A stretch of 64,000 bases of DNA from Candidatus Zixiibacteriota bacterium (lineage in GTDB: Bacteria; Zixibacteria; MSB-5A5; WJJR01; JAJRUJ01): positions 8,889 through 72,888 of the forward strand of contig JAJRUJ010000113.1 of assembly GCA_024277855.1 (NCBI GenBank), in the 5' to 3' direction. This document shows, in pieces, positions 17,756-27,506 of this stretch. Each line of letters begins with the position of its first letter. Within the stretch, counting starts at the first letter, position 1. The notes beneath the pieces are model-generated. The model was not told where the DNA came from. It did no database searches and was given only the letters and a program-made list of their open reading frames with translations. Position numbers and translations under genes: made by a program.

Positions 17756-20421
17756 AACTCGAGACACTGACCTCATACGGGATTCTGCCGGCATTTGTCG
17801 ACCGCTGGCGGGCAACCATCGGTGACCGATTGCTGGATTGGCAGGCCGACGCATTGCGTCATTATGGCCTGCTTGACGGGCCAAAACAGCCCGCCGGAGA
17901 CCGCAACCTGCTGGTTGTCGCACCGACATCATCGGGCAAGACCTTTATCGGTGAAATGGCGGCCGCCGCCGCGCTTTCCCGTCGGCGAAAAGTGATTTTT
18001 ATCGTCCCGCTCAAAGCCATCGCCGCCGAAAAACATGCCGGGTTCGAGGAAACATTCGGGGCGCTCGGTTTTCGGGCGGTCATTTCCACGCGCGACCACC
18101 AGCAGTTTGACCGGGCATTTACCGCCGGAGATTTCGACCTCGCCATCGTGGTTGCCGAAAAATTACGTCATCTCCTCGTGCAGAAAATCGACCTGCTGGC
18201 CCAAGTCGATTTGATTGTTGCCGATGAGTTGCACCTCCTGACCGATCCCGACCGAGGCCCGGCGTTATTGTCGGTGATCGAGAAACTGGTGCGCTCGACA
18301 TTCGATTGCCGGTTCATCGGCCTGTCCACTCGTTTGCCCGCCGCAGAGTTTCTGGCCGACTACCTTCACGCGCGAATCATGCGGGTTTGCCGCCGCCCGG
18401 TCGAACTGCGCCGGGGTGTCCTCTGCGACGGCACATTCACTTTCCGCGAAGACAATTCGGGCGACACCGGCAGTGAACAACTCGGCGACCCGGGCGACCA
18501 TGACGATGAAAGTCTTTTGCGGCTGTTGGGAAAACAATTGGACGACGGGGAGCAAATACTCGTTTTCGGCAAGACCAAGATCGACTGCCACCATCGCGCG
18601 GCGGCGCTGGCGCGGCGGCGAACAGAACGCCGCATACTGGAACCGGCGGCGGCGTGGACTCTGCAGGCCGGCGGTCCGGTGGTCGGCGGCCTGAGCGACT
18701 GGTATGAACGGGGTATCGGTGTTCATCATGCGGACCTGTCTTTTGCCCAGCGGCGGCTGACCGAACAGTTATTCCGTGAGGGGAAACTGCGCATCCTGTT
18801 TTGCACGGGCACGCTGGCGATGGGTGTCAACCTGCCGAGTTCGATTGTCTATGTCGAGGCCGAACGATTCACCGGCGGCCGCTACGGCAACACACCTTTG
18901 CTGGCCCCCCTGGAAACCCACGAGTTCGACAACGCGGCCGGGCGCGCCGGGCGGCTGGGCCTGACCGAAAAACCCGGACGGGCAATTCTCTGGGCCGACA
19001 CACCGGTTGCCGCCCAAATTCTCTGGCAAACCTATATTAATCCGTCCCACAATGATGACACCGGTCAACTCCAATGGCCGGACATCAATCGGCGGCTGCT
19101 TGAGGCAATCGCCTGTGGATTGATCACCGACCATGTGTCGTGCGCCGCCCATTTCAATGATGATTCATTGCCCGTCGCCGATATCGAAAGCCGACTCGAC
19201 TACCTGCGTGACTGCGAGATGTTGGCCAGAGAAGCCGACCTGCTCCGGGCCACCCCGGCCGGGATTGTGGCGGCCGCTTCAGGCGTATCGCCGCAGTCGA
19301 TCGGCATCCTGCGTGAGTTGGTCGCGCAACATACTTCTCCGGACCCCGTAACCTGGACCGCCGCGGCCCTTGCCCTCCCTGAGAGCGCCGATGTGCGCTG
19401 GCCGCGGCGGTCGTACGGGCCGTTTGACCCGACAGCTGCGCGGTGGCGGGAACAGTTCGGTGATGATTTTGAATCGACACTGGCCCGTGTCTTCCCCGGC
19501 GCTCTGCGGCCGGAAATTTATTTTCCCCGTCCCCACCAACGGCGACGCGCCATGGCAGCGGCGCTGGCCATCGGTGATTGGGCAACCGGCGAGTTGGCCG
19601 AGGCGCTGGGCGCTGCACACCAGGCCCCGCCGGGACGGTTCGAACGCACGGCCGAGACGATTTCATGGCTGGTCGATACCGCGGCGGCGCTGGCTGAAAC
19701 TGATCCGCAATGGCGGGCCAAGGCGCCTGCCTTGCGCCGGAGCGCCTTCGAAATTCGATCCGGTCTCCCCTGGTGTTTACACGAGTTGGCCGGAACGGTC
19801 GAGAGAGAACTTCCCCGCGATGGCATCCTGCAACTGGCCCGGCTGGGTTGGGACAAGCCACATTCACTGGTTAACGCCCAGGCACGAGACCTCGAAGGGA
19901 TCCTGCCTGCTCCGGTCGCCAGACAGGTGATTGCCCGGGCCTGTCGCTGGGTTGCCAACCATTCCGCGAAAAGACAGAACCAGCAAGATAAACCATCGAC
20001 TTTACGACATAAGGAGGTAACAATGCCGGGAACATTAACCCTGAACGGGCGACGTGTCCGCTCGCGTTTCGCCGTCGAACTCGGTGAACGCACCTGTGCC
20101 CTGCGCGCCAAGAGTTTCAAATATCTCTTTTCGCTGGCCGTCGCCCGCCGCCTGAGAGGCGACGGCTGGATCGACAAACGCGATATCGAAGCCGGAGAGA
20201 ACCAGATCAAATATTTCTATCAATTACGGCAGGAACTCAAGGCGGCATATGAAGGAGCGCAACGGTTGATCGAAAATGACGGCGCGGGCCGCTATCGATT
20301 GGCCCTTTCCCCGGAGACAATCCGGTTTGACATTGAGCAAATTGCCGCTTTCCCCGATTGGGAAATTCAACAGGCGGCCCGGCAATTGCAGGAAATGGGC
20401 ATCGACACGCAGGCGGCGTAA
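17737..20421 (+). CDS. Ski2/Hel308-like superfamily-2 DNA/RNA helicase with a long C-terminal extension
   Basis: Walker A VVAPTSSGKT, DELH box, helicase-C motifs (HHADL...FCTGTLAMGVNLP), and a C-terminal winged-helix-like domain. An alternative ATG lies at 17752. Confidence 0.7.
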   Translation: MGIKTMKLETLTSYGILPAFVDRWRATIGDRLLDWQADALRHYGLLDGPKQPAGDRNLLVVAPTSSGKTFIGEMAAAAALSRRRKVIFIVPLKAIAAEKHAGFEETFGALGFRAVISTRDHQQFDRAFTAGDFDLAIVVAEKLRHLLVQKIDLLAQVDLIVADELHLLTDPDRGPALLSVIEKLVRSTFDCRFIGLSTRLPAAEFLADYLHARIMRVCRRPVELRRGVLCDGTFTFREDNSGDTGSEQLGDPGDHDDESLLRLLGKQLDDGEQILVFGKTKIDCHHRAAALARRRTERRILEPAAAWTLQAGGPVVGGLSDWYERGIGVHHADLSFAQRRLTEQLFREGKLRILFCTGTLAMGVNLPSSIVYVEAERFTGGRYGNTPLLAPLETHEFDNAAGRAGRLGLTEKPGRAILWADTPVAAQILWQTYINPSHNDDTGQLQWPDINRRLLEAIACGLITDHVSCAAHFNDDSLPVADIESRLDYLRDCEMLAREADLLRATPAGIVAAASGVSPQSIGILRELVAQHTSPDPVTWTAAALALPESADVRWPRRSYGPFDPTAARWREQFGDDFESTLARVFPGALRPEIYFPRPHQRRRAMAAALAIGDWATGELAEALGAAHQAPPGRFERTAETISWLVDTAAALAETDPQWRAKAPALRRSAFEIRSGLPWCLHELAGTVERELPRDGILQLARLGWDKPHSLVNAQARDLEGILPAPVARQVIARACRWVANHSAKRQNQQDKPSTLRHKEVTMPGTLTLNGRRVRSRFAVELGERTCALRAKSFKYLFSLAVARRLRGDGWIDKRDIEAGENQIKYFYQLRQELKAAYEGAQRLIENDGAGRYRLALSPETIRFDIEQIAAFPDWEIQQAARQLQEMGIDTQAA

Positions 20422-20459
20422 TCTGAGACAGCGGCGGGAGTCGACGAATAAATCGGGCT

Positions 20460-21047
20460 TCAGCCGCCGATTTCCTTTTCCAGACGGGCGATTTCCTGCC
20501 GGATGGCATCGGCATGCGGGGCATTGGGAGAAATTGCGAGATATTTTTTCCAGGCGTCCATCGCTCCCGCCGCGTCGTTGAGGTCACTACCGTAAATCAC
20601 ACCGAGGTTGAACCAGGCCTGTTCGTGTTCAGGGACGGCCGCAACGATCTCACGAAGGATAGCAACCGATTCGGCGGATCGACCCAGCATCCGCAACATG
20701 GAAGCCTTGTCGACTTTGATTTCGATATTGTCCGGTTGGAGCTTGAGCACCCGGTCATAATACTCGACAGCTTGTTCGGCCATCCCGGCGTCGTAATAGA
20801 GATTGCCCAGGGCGGTAAGAATCTGCGGGTTATCCGGGTCGGATTTTTCCAGCTCCTGAAGATGTTGAATCTGTTGTTTAACATCGTTCATCATCGCTTC
20901 CGGATCGCCGCCCATTCCCGGGGAATCCGCAGCGGCAACGGCCGTCGGCTCTTCGAGAGCCGGCTGCAAAGCATTCTTCATCGTCCAAACCGCAAAGACG
21001 GTAATGACCGCCACTCCCAGAATTACTGCATACAGATTTTTGCTCAT
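20460..21047 (-). CDS. Membrane-anchored TPR-repeat protein
   Basis: N-terminal TM segment followed by TPR-like repeats (ALGNLYYDAGMAEQAVEYYDRVLKLQPDN). Confidence 0.6.
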   Translation of the reverse strand: MSKNLYAVILGVAVITVFAVWTMKNALQPALEEPTAVAAADSPGMGGDPEAMMNDVKQQIQHLQELEKSDPDNPQILTALGNLYYDAGMAEQAVEYYDRVLKLQPDNIEIKVDKASMLRMLGRSAESVAILREIVAAVPEHEQAWFNLGVIYGSDLNDAAGAMDAWKKYLAISPNAPHADAIRQEIARLEKEIGG

Positions 21048-21091
21048 CCTGTCCTCGTCATTGTGTCAATCGGCCCCGGCGATTGACCGGC

Positions 21092-22819
21092 TTAGTTTTT
21101 TGTCCGACTCACGCTGCTTTTCCCGGCGGGGTCAACCATCTCCGCGGCGTGAAGCCGGGTCGTTTCGGTAATCTCGGCCGAGGCCATCATGCGGGCGATC
21201 TCCTCCACCCGCTCCGACTTATCCAGTAATCGAATCTGAGTGGCGATACGTTTGCCACTTTTTTGCTTGCTGACCAGATAATGCTGATCGGCCAGAGAGG
21301 CCATCTGGTGCAAATGGGAAATCAGGAAAACCTGATAATGTTGGGCCAGCTTCTTAATCTGCCGGGCAACGGCGAAAGCGACTGTCCCTCCAATGCCTGA
21401 ATCGACTTCATCAAAAACGAGCAGAGAAACATCATGCCCCGGCTGTCCTGCCGCCTTGATCGCCAACATCACTCGTGATAATTCTCCCCCGGAGGCGATT
21501 TTGACCAGCGGCTTATATCCCTCCCCCGGATTCGTCTCGATGGCAAATTCGATTTCTTCCAGCCCATTTTCCGTGACGGCGACCTCTGTTCCGGCAAAGG
21601 GCACTCGCCGGGAGCCGGAGCCCACGGGTGTGAAATCGACACGAAATTTCGCTCCCGCCATGCCGATGCGCGAAAGCGAAGCGGTCACTTCCCGGCCCAA
21701 TTTGACTGACGCGGCGCGGCGGGCCTTCGAGAGTTTGTCTGCCTCGACGGCGAGCTGTCGCTTATTATCTTCCAGTCGTGAGACCAACTCCGCCTTGCGG
21801 TCATCCTCGGTATGATACGTCGTGAGTTCGGCTTCAAGTTCGGCCAGACGCGCGAGGATCGCGGCACAGGATGGTCCGTATTTGCCCTTGAGTTGGAATA
21901 TTTCCGCCAAACGGGCTTCAATTTCCTCGGTTCGATTGGGGTCAAAGTCGATGCGACGGCAATAGTCCCCGATTGTCGAAACAATATCGGCCAGTTGGAC
22001 TTCACATTTTTCAAGAAGATCGACCGTACTGCCCAGCCGATCATCAATCTCAGCTAAAGACAGAAACTCTTTGCGCACCCGCGCCACGCGGTCGGCCGCT
22101 GAGCCTTCCTCCTCGGCGAGGACAGCCGCGGCCTGTTCACCGGCTTCGATCAATCGTCGGGCATTTTTTAATACATTTAATTCGCGCTTAAGTTCGTCTT
22201 CCTCATCAACCGTTACTCCGGCCCGCCGGATTTCCTCTACTTGAAATCGGGCCAATTCATGCGCTTGACGTCGTTGATCTGCCCGACGGGTAATCTCATC
22301 AAGTTGCCGTTGGTCAGCGACGACAACGCCGTACGCCTCGCGGAATGCCTCGGCCTGTTCACGTAACTCGGCCCGTTCATCCAGAAACCGAATGTGAGAC
22401 CGCGGGTCGAGCAACGACTGGTGTTGATGCTGTCCACAAAGGTCGCCCATGAGATCCCCGAACGATTTCAATTCGCTCAGGGTCACCAGCCGATCGTTGA
22501 CGAAACAGCGACTGGAGCCCCTGCGATTGACCTCGCGGCGCACGCAGACGGGTCGGGATTCGCCGGCATTAAATTCATTACGAAGAACCGCCCATTCCGG
22601 AGCCGACGGCAGAATAAATTCCCCTTCCACCACCGCTCCGTCCGCGCCGGTCCGAATCATCTCCGTTTGCGCCCGTTCTCCCATGAGCAAACTCAATGCA
22701 CCGATTAAAATCGACTTGCCTGCGCCGGTTTCACCGGTGATAACATTCAGACCGGGTGCGAAATCGATCGTCAACTCCTCGACAATCGCATAGTTTTTTA
22801 TGTGCAATTTACTGAGCAC
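21092..22819 (-). CDS. recN: DNA repair protein RecN
   Basis: N-terminal LHIKNYAIVEEL...GLNVITGETGAGKS Walker A, long coiled-coil region, and C-terminal ABC signature; ~575 aa. GTG start. Confidence 0.9.
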   Translation of the reverse strand: MLSKLHIKNYAIVEELTIDFAPGLNVITGETGAGKSILIGALSLLMGERAQTEMIRTGADGAVVEGEFILPSAPEWAVLRNEFNAGESRPVCVRREVNRRGSSRCFVNDRLVTLSELKSFGDLMGDLCGQHQHQSLLDPRSHIRFLDERAELREQAEAFREAYGVVVADQRQLDEITRRADQRRQAHELARFQVEEIRRAGVTVDEEDELKRELNVLKNARRLIEAGEQAAAVLAEEEGSAADRVARVRKEFLSLAEIDDRLGSTVDLLEKCEVQLADIVSTIGDYCRRIDFDPNRTEEIEARLAEIFQLKGKYGPSCAAILARLAELEAELTTYHTEDDRKAELVSRLEDNKRQLAVEADKLSKARRAASVKLGREVTASLSRIGMAGAKFRVDFTPVGSGSRRVPFAGTEVAVTENGLEEIEFAIETNPGEGYKPLVKIASGGELSRVMLAIKAAGQPGHDVSLLVFDEVDSGIGGTVAFAVARQIKKLAQHYQVFLISHLHQMASLADQHYLVSKQKSGKRIATQIRLLDKSERVEEIARMMASAEITETTRLHAAEMVDPAGKSSVSRTKN

Positions 22820-22928
22820 GTCGAATCCCGGTTCTGCCCCCCAAATCGTCCGAATCGGGACAATATTCCTCTCCCGAATTCATTGACTTTACCTATCCGG
22901 TCGTTTGGGAAGCTCGGCCTTCGCCTAA

Positions 22929-23375
22929 TCATCGGAAAGCGGCCACGGTCAACACGGCGAGTACCCCGAGGAACCAGAGCGCGAATGCTCGGTACAGGTA
23001 GCGGCGCTTGCGCCGGTTGATCCGTCGAAAGGCCAATCGTGATGAATCGGGCGAATTCGCAAAATATCGATACCGCCGCACCAAAAAAACCAAAGCGCCG
23101 TGAAACACCGCCAGCGTCCAGAATACCACCGGCGATAATACCAGCAGCCGCATGCTATACCCATCGGAATGAATTGCACACCACGGTGAGAGAAGCCAGG
23201 CCAGGTAACCCAAAAGTCCGACGCCCCCCAGCCAGCAAATTAACATCGCCGCTTTTTGCATCCCGGTCATCGAGTCAAAGAGCACCTGCCGCATAGTATC
23301 GACCCAAAAGACATCCTCCCGGGTCGGCGGGAAGCCCGGGCGGGCAGCGGAATTGTTTGGCACACTTGCCGCCAT
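22929..23375 (-). CDS. Small integral membrane protein
   Basis: Three to four hydrophobic segments. Start chosen at the internal ATG (MAASVPNN); the ORF track extends to 23456. Confidence 0.4.
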   Translation of the reverse strand: MAASVPNNSAARPGFPPTREDVFWVDTMRQVLFDSMTGMQKAAMLICWLGGVGLLGYLAWLLSPWCAIHSDGYSMRLLVLSPVVFWTLAVFHGALVFLVRRYRYFANSPDSSRLAFRRINRRKRRYLYRAFALWFLGVLAVLTVAAFR

Positions 23376-23386
23376 TGCGTTGTCCT

Positions 23387-23623
23387 CTATCTTCCGGTTG
23401 ATGATCCAGAGATTGGCCCCGAACCGACCGGCATGATAATATACTCTCGGCCACACTGGTCACAGGTGATGATCAGGCGTTTGGGCAGGTCGAGTTTTAG
23501 TTTTTGTGAGTCAGCTACCGCCCCGCGAAGATCGGTCTCTCCCTCCGCCAGCAGCCGGGCCAGTTCCACCTCGCTGACACCCTGGCAATAGGGGCAGCGA
23601 TATCGTTCGATCATTCCAACCAT
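23387..23623 (-). CDS. Small zinc-ribbon protein
   Basis: MVGMIERYRCPYCQGV...ITCDQCGREYIIMP: two CxxC pairs. Start at the internal ATG 23621-23623. Confidence 0.45.
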   Translation of the reverse strand: MVGMIERYRCPYCQGVSEVELARLLAEGETDLRGAVADSQKLKLDLPKRLIITCDQCGREYIIMPVGSGPISGSSTGR

Positions 23624-23891
23624 CCTGACCGAATATGATAATCTGCCGCAGGACATACGCAACAAAAACCGTCTTCCTCCGACAAGATTCCCTTCGGAAA
23701 ATATGCCCGGCACCGTCGGCTACCGCTCTATCCGCCCACCGGACAACCGCTTCGCGCAGGAATGCCCACTGAAACGAATAGATTTAACCAACCCGGTAAA
23801 TCCTTACCCGGTAACGCCCGATGTCTAAAGATATGGGGTGGCGTGCGACCACCCGGGAATCGTAAACCATTGAACCATACTGGCTGATCTC

Positions 23892-24572
23892 ATGGATACG
23901 AACCTGACGGATAATGACCGATCTCATCCGGCCTGTGACGGCGCTGCGGGGAACAGTCAACCGACTACGCCCTCGTCGACCGCCAATCAACAGCCGACCG
24001 AACCGGAATGGCATCTTCAGAATTTAAGTAAATCGTCCCCTGCGGCAACTACAGAGCAAAAAACAAAAACCGGCGGTGCGAAGCCCGTTCCGGTCGATTT
24101 GGGAGTCGATGAAGCCAAGAAGACCACCAAACCGCCGCAGCGGTAGAAGGAAAGAGAATCACCCGCCAAACAACAGGTAAAGAAAGCGGCACGCCGACGG
24201 GTCGGCCTTGTCGATGACCCGGGATCATCACCGCAAGCCGGGAGCAAGAAACAAACGTCCGTCGCTCCCGGACCAGGCAAAACCAAAAAACCGGCCAACG
24301 CAAAAAAACAGCCAAAGATAGACAATAATAAAACTGAAGAAACCGCTTTCGAGAAAGACCTTCGCCTCAATCAATTCGACAACTCAACCGATACCATTCC
24401 CCTTCAGACAACCGACCGGCGCATTGAAACGGCGATTGCTACCGGCCGGCAACTCCGACTCCCCGGGAAAAAACGATTTCAAAATGGGGAAACATTTGTC
24501 CATAACAATAAAGAGTATCGGATCAAACTCGAGCAGGGACGCTCCCTGATATACTACCTGAAAACCGTCGGC
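23892..24572 (+). other. Open in-frame Lys/Thr/Pro-rich region upstream of the PEGA/TPR gene, interrupted by a single TAG at 24144-24146
   Basis: ATG 23892, then 84 codons, then TAG, then 142 stop-free codons in the same frame running straight into the TM segment of the downstream gene. Confidence 0.4.
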
Positions 24573-25823
24573 TTGTTGCTCCTGGTCGTCCTGGCCGCGG
24601 TCGGTTTTTCGACACTCTTTGCGGCCCCGCCAAGCGGGTCGATCAGCGGCGTTATTATCGATGCCGCGACCGGCGTTGTACTTCCCGGTACGAAACTCAT
24701 CTTGCCCAACGGCACATCGACAACAACCAACATCGCCGGTATCTTCACCTTTCCCGCGCTCAATCCGGGGAATTACCAATTGCAAATCTCCGCAGCCGGG
24801 TATCTCAGCCAGTCGCGGGCAGTTGAACGCCGAAAAGACGACGATGTCATGCTGAGCATTGCCCTCGAACCGATTATCGTGGCCGGGGCAGAACCAATCA
24901 AAGAACCAGCGCCCGAAGAGACCAAGGGAAAAGTCGCCGCCGCCAAAAACGGCGTCGTGAAATTGAACATTGAATTTGACGATTACATCCTCTATTTCGA
25001 CGACAAGATCGTCGGCAAAAACATCAAGAAAATCTCCAGGATCAAACCCGGCAAACATAACCTGACCATCGAGAAAGACCAATATGAAGAGTATCGCACC
25101 GAAGTGTCGGTGAAAGCCAGGCGGACGACGGAGATAGCGATCACGCTGGCGGATTTAAAGCCGAAGACTACTCCGCAACAGCGCGCCAGAAACCATTTTG
25201 CCCTGGGTAAGGACGCGTTGGACGATGGACTCTATCAGCGCGCCATTGAGCATTTTGATACCGCCCTGACCGAGGTTGCCGAATTTGCCGACGCGCTCCA
25301 GTACCGTGGCTGGGCATTCCGGAAACTGGGCAATATGTCGCAAGCGACAGCCGACCTCGTAAAAGCCGCAAAACTGTTTACCCTGGCCAATCGCTATTTG
25401 GAGGCGATACCCTGCGTCGACGTATTGATCCAAATGCACCCGAAAGACGGGAACTACTACGTGCAACGCGGAGATATCCGCACCGCTTTAGGCGAAGCCG
25501 GTTCGGCGATCGACGATTATCGTGCGGCGGTGAAGATCGATAAAGGCTCGCTGATCTTCCGCTTGTCACTCGCGGAAGGTTATTATCGCATGGCGAAGTA
25601 TAAAGAGGCCGCCAAATCGTTCGAAAAAGCGCGCAAGATGACCAACAATTCTCAGGATATTTATGTCCGGTTGATCCTGGCCTACATGTACGCAGGCAAA
25701 GACAACGACATGATAAAACGGTACCGGGAACTGGCCGAGTTCGCGCCTCCGGACGAATTGGAGAGGTTGGCGCGCGATCCGGAATGGCAGGAAGTATTGC
25801 AGTTGGTCGGGCCGAATAAATAG
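24573..25823 (+). CDS. Envelope protein with TM/signal segment, CarboxypepD_reg-like and PEGA-like domains, and TPR repeats
   Basis: TTG start. Hydrophobic N-terminus LLLVVLAAVGFSTLFAAPP. GVIIDAATGVVLPGTKL (CarboxypepD_reg-like). PEGA-like DDKIVGKNIKKISRIKPGKHNLTIEKDQYEEY. TPR-like repeats in the C-terminal half. Confidence 0.6.
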   Translation: MLLLVVLAAVGFSTLFAAPPSGSISGVIIDAATGVVLPGTKLILPNGTSTTTNIAGIFTFPALNPGNYQLQISAAGYLSQSRAVERRKDDDVMLSIALEPIIVAGAEPIKEPAPEETKGKVAAAKNGVVKLNIEFDDYILYFDDKIVGKNIKKISRIKPGKHNLTIEKDQYEEYRTEVSVKARRTTEIAITLADLKPKTTPQQRARNHFALGKDALDDGLYQRAIEHFDTALTEVAEFADALQYRGWAFRKLGNMSQATADLVKAAKLFTLANRYLEAIPCVDVLIQMHPKDGNYYVQRGDIRTALGEAGSAIDDYRAAVKIDKGSLIFRLSLAEGYYRMAKYKEAAKSFEKARKMTNNSQDIYVRLILAYMYAGKDNDMIKRYRELAEFAPPDELERLARDPEWQEVLQLVGPNK

Positions 25824-25853
25824 CTATCGACCAATAGACAGTTGACTGAGCAA

Positions 25854-25878
25854 GCCGGGCCGACAGGCCCGGCTTTTT
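25854..25878. terminator. Rho-independent terminator (gccgggc-cgacag-gcccggc-ttttt), probably bidirectional
   Basis: Read directly; lies between convergent genes. Confidence 0.65.
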
Positions 25879-25902
25879 CTTTGCCTGGATTAGATCCCGA
25901 GA

Positions 25903-26034
25903 TTAATCAGGGGACTGGTCTTCGGTCGTTTCGGTCTCGGAAATGGACGGTTTCAACCGCGAAATACAAAAACCGATCCCACCCAGGAAAATAACCAGAA
26001 CAACGATGAGCATGACGATCGCTGACGTGTTCAT
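25903..26034 (-). CDS. 43-aa single-TM protein translationally coupled to the NSS transporter (MetS-like small subunit candidate)
   Basis: Its ATG overlaps the transporter stop (ATGA). Hand translation: MNTSAIVMLIVVLVIFLGGIGFCISRLKPSISETETTEDQSPD. Confidence 0.5.
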   Translation of the reverse strand: MNTSAIVMLIVVLVIFLGGIGFCISRLKPSISETETTEDQSPD

Positions 26035-27506
26035 TTACGATTCTCCTTTACCTTAATCGCGGCCAGAATAATCCCCAGGATCGGCAGCATAATGACTAAG
26101 AACCATCCGCCGAAGAATTCAGCCAGGCGGGGGTAACCCTCATATGAAGCGCCAATTCGGTCTTTGATCTCGGAATACAGCAGGACGATCGCGACTAAGG
26201 GCAGGATGAATTTGACACAGATATCCCACCATTTGCCGATTCTGATTTCCGAGAATTTGTTTATATATTCGCGCATTCGCCCGCTGCCGATATACCAACC
26301 GACAATTATCGACTCACCGATACAGACAAGCATCAAGCCGAATTGGTTCATGAAGCGGTCGACAATATCCAGCCAAAGTAGCCCGGCGCCAAAGACCAAC
26401 GGGATCCCCAGTACAAAGCCGGCCAGTCCGACGCTGAGATTGGCCGTCCGGTGTTTGAGCCCCCAGCGGTCTTTCACACTGGCCGAAACCGCCTCGGTCA
26501 TCGAAAAAGCCGAATCAATACCCAGCGTGAGTAACATCACGAAAAACAGGACGCCGAACAGTGGCTGCCAAAAAGGTAAATTCGAAATGATCGTCGGGTA
26601 GGTGACAAAAGCCAGTCCCGGGCCGGCCGCGGCGACCTCCGCCACCGGCACCCCGAGGTTTTGGGCGTGGAAACCAAGCGCGCCGAATACAGCCAATCCG
26701 CCCATAAATGCCGTCAACGAATCGCACAGGCCGATAATGAAGGCGTTGTTGACCAGATCGCTGCTGCGGGGGAGAAAACTGCCGTAGGCGATCATAATCC
26801 CGAACCCGACCGAAAGACTGAAAAACACCTGGGTGTAGGCCGCCAGCCAGACACTCGGTTTTAACAATTGGGGCCAGTCGGGAGTCAAATAATAATTGAG
26901 ACCTTCCATGGCCCCGGGAAGGGTGACACCGCGGATGATAAAAATAATCAGCAGAAGCCAGGGCAGGATCACCGTGACATAGACAACTTTGCCGACGGTC
27001 TTTGTCCCCTTCCAGGTGCAAAGGACGATCCAGATCCAGCAGGTAAGCAGTCCCAGGAAAATCATCGGCTTGAATTGACCGAGATCCAGGGGATTGTCGG
27101 TCAAACCCAGGGTAGTGGCGTAAAAATACTCGCTGGGATTATCGCCCCAAGCCTGGGTAAATGAGGCAATCGTATAATTGAAAGCATAACTCATGATAAT
27201 CGCGTAATAGACGACGATAAAAAACCCAACCAGCGCGGCCATCCAGCCAAACCACTGCAGGCCGGGCTTGATTTTAAACATCGCATGCGGCGCCGAGCCC
27301 TGCATCTTGTGGCCAAGACTGATTTCGAGGATCAAAAGCGGGATGCCGGCGGTAAATAGCGCGACCAGCATCGCCACCAAGAAGGCCCCGCCCCCATTCT
27401 CGTAGCAGACATAGGGAAAACGCCAAATATTCCCCAGTCCAATCGCCGAGCCGATCGAGGCAAGCACAAACGCAGTACGGTTGTCCCAGATCTCGCGATG
27501 ACTCAT
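26031..27506 (-). CDS. Neurotransmitter:sodium symporter (NSS/SNF) family transporter
   Basis: N-terminal signature AFVLASIGSAIGLGNIWRFPY; ~12 TM segments. Confidence 0.85.
   Translation of the reverse strand: MSHREIWDNRTAFVLASIGSAIGLGNIWRFPYVCYENGGGAFLVAMLVALFTAGIPLLILEISLGHKMQGSAPHAMFKIKPGLQWFGWMAALVGFFIVVYYAIIMSYAFNYTIASFTQAWGDNPSEYFYATTLGLTDNPLDLGQFKPMIFLGLLTCWIWIVLCTWKGTKTVGKVVYVTVILPWLLLIIFIIRGVTLPGAMEGLNYYLTPDWPQLLKPSVWLAAYTQVFFSLSVGFGIMIAYGSFLPRSSDLVNNAFIIGLCDSLTAFMGGLAVFGALGFHAQNLGVPVAEVAAAGPGLAFVTYPTIISNLPFWQPLFGVLFFVMLLTLGIDSAFSMTEAVSASVKDRWGLKHRTANLSVGLAGFVLGIPLVFGAGLLWLDIVDRFMNQFGLMLVCIGESIIVGWYIGSGRMREYINKFSEIRIGKWWDICVKFILPLVAIVLLYSEIKDRIGASYEGYPRLAEFFGGWFLVIMLPILGIILAAIKVKENRK

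Noticed and set aside
18265-19867. Several 100-240-aa minus-strand ORFs (Arg/Pro-rich) inside the helicase gene
   Set aside because: Typical antisense open frames in high-GC coding DNA. The helicase frame carries canonical SF2 motifs.
5596-20421. Complete prophage
   Set aside because: No terminase, portal, tail, lysis, integrase or repressor genes were recognisable. Only the head module is present.
17417-24146. Stop-codon reassignment (TAG/TAA sense) suggested by two in-frame stops within 7 kb
   Set aside because: TAA, TAG and TGA all terminate well-supported neighbouring genes (for example TAA at 1673, TAG at 5322, TGA at 3692). Independent nonsense mutations or errors are more parsimonious.
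24384-25082. 232-aa minus-strand ORF overlapping the PEGA/TPR gene
   Set aside because: Antisense to a gene with recognisable domains; no start context.
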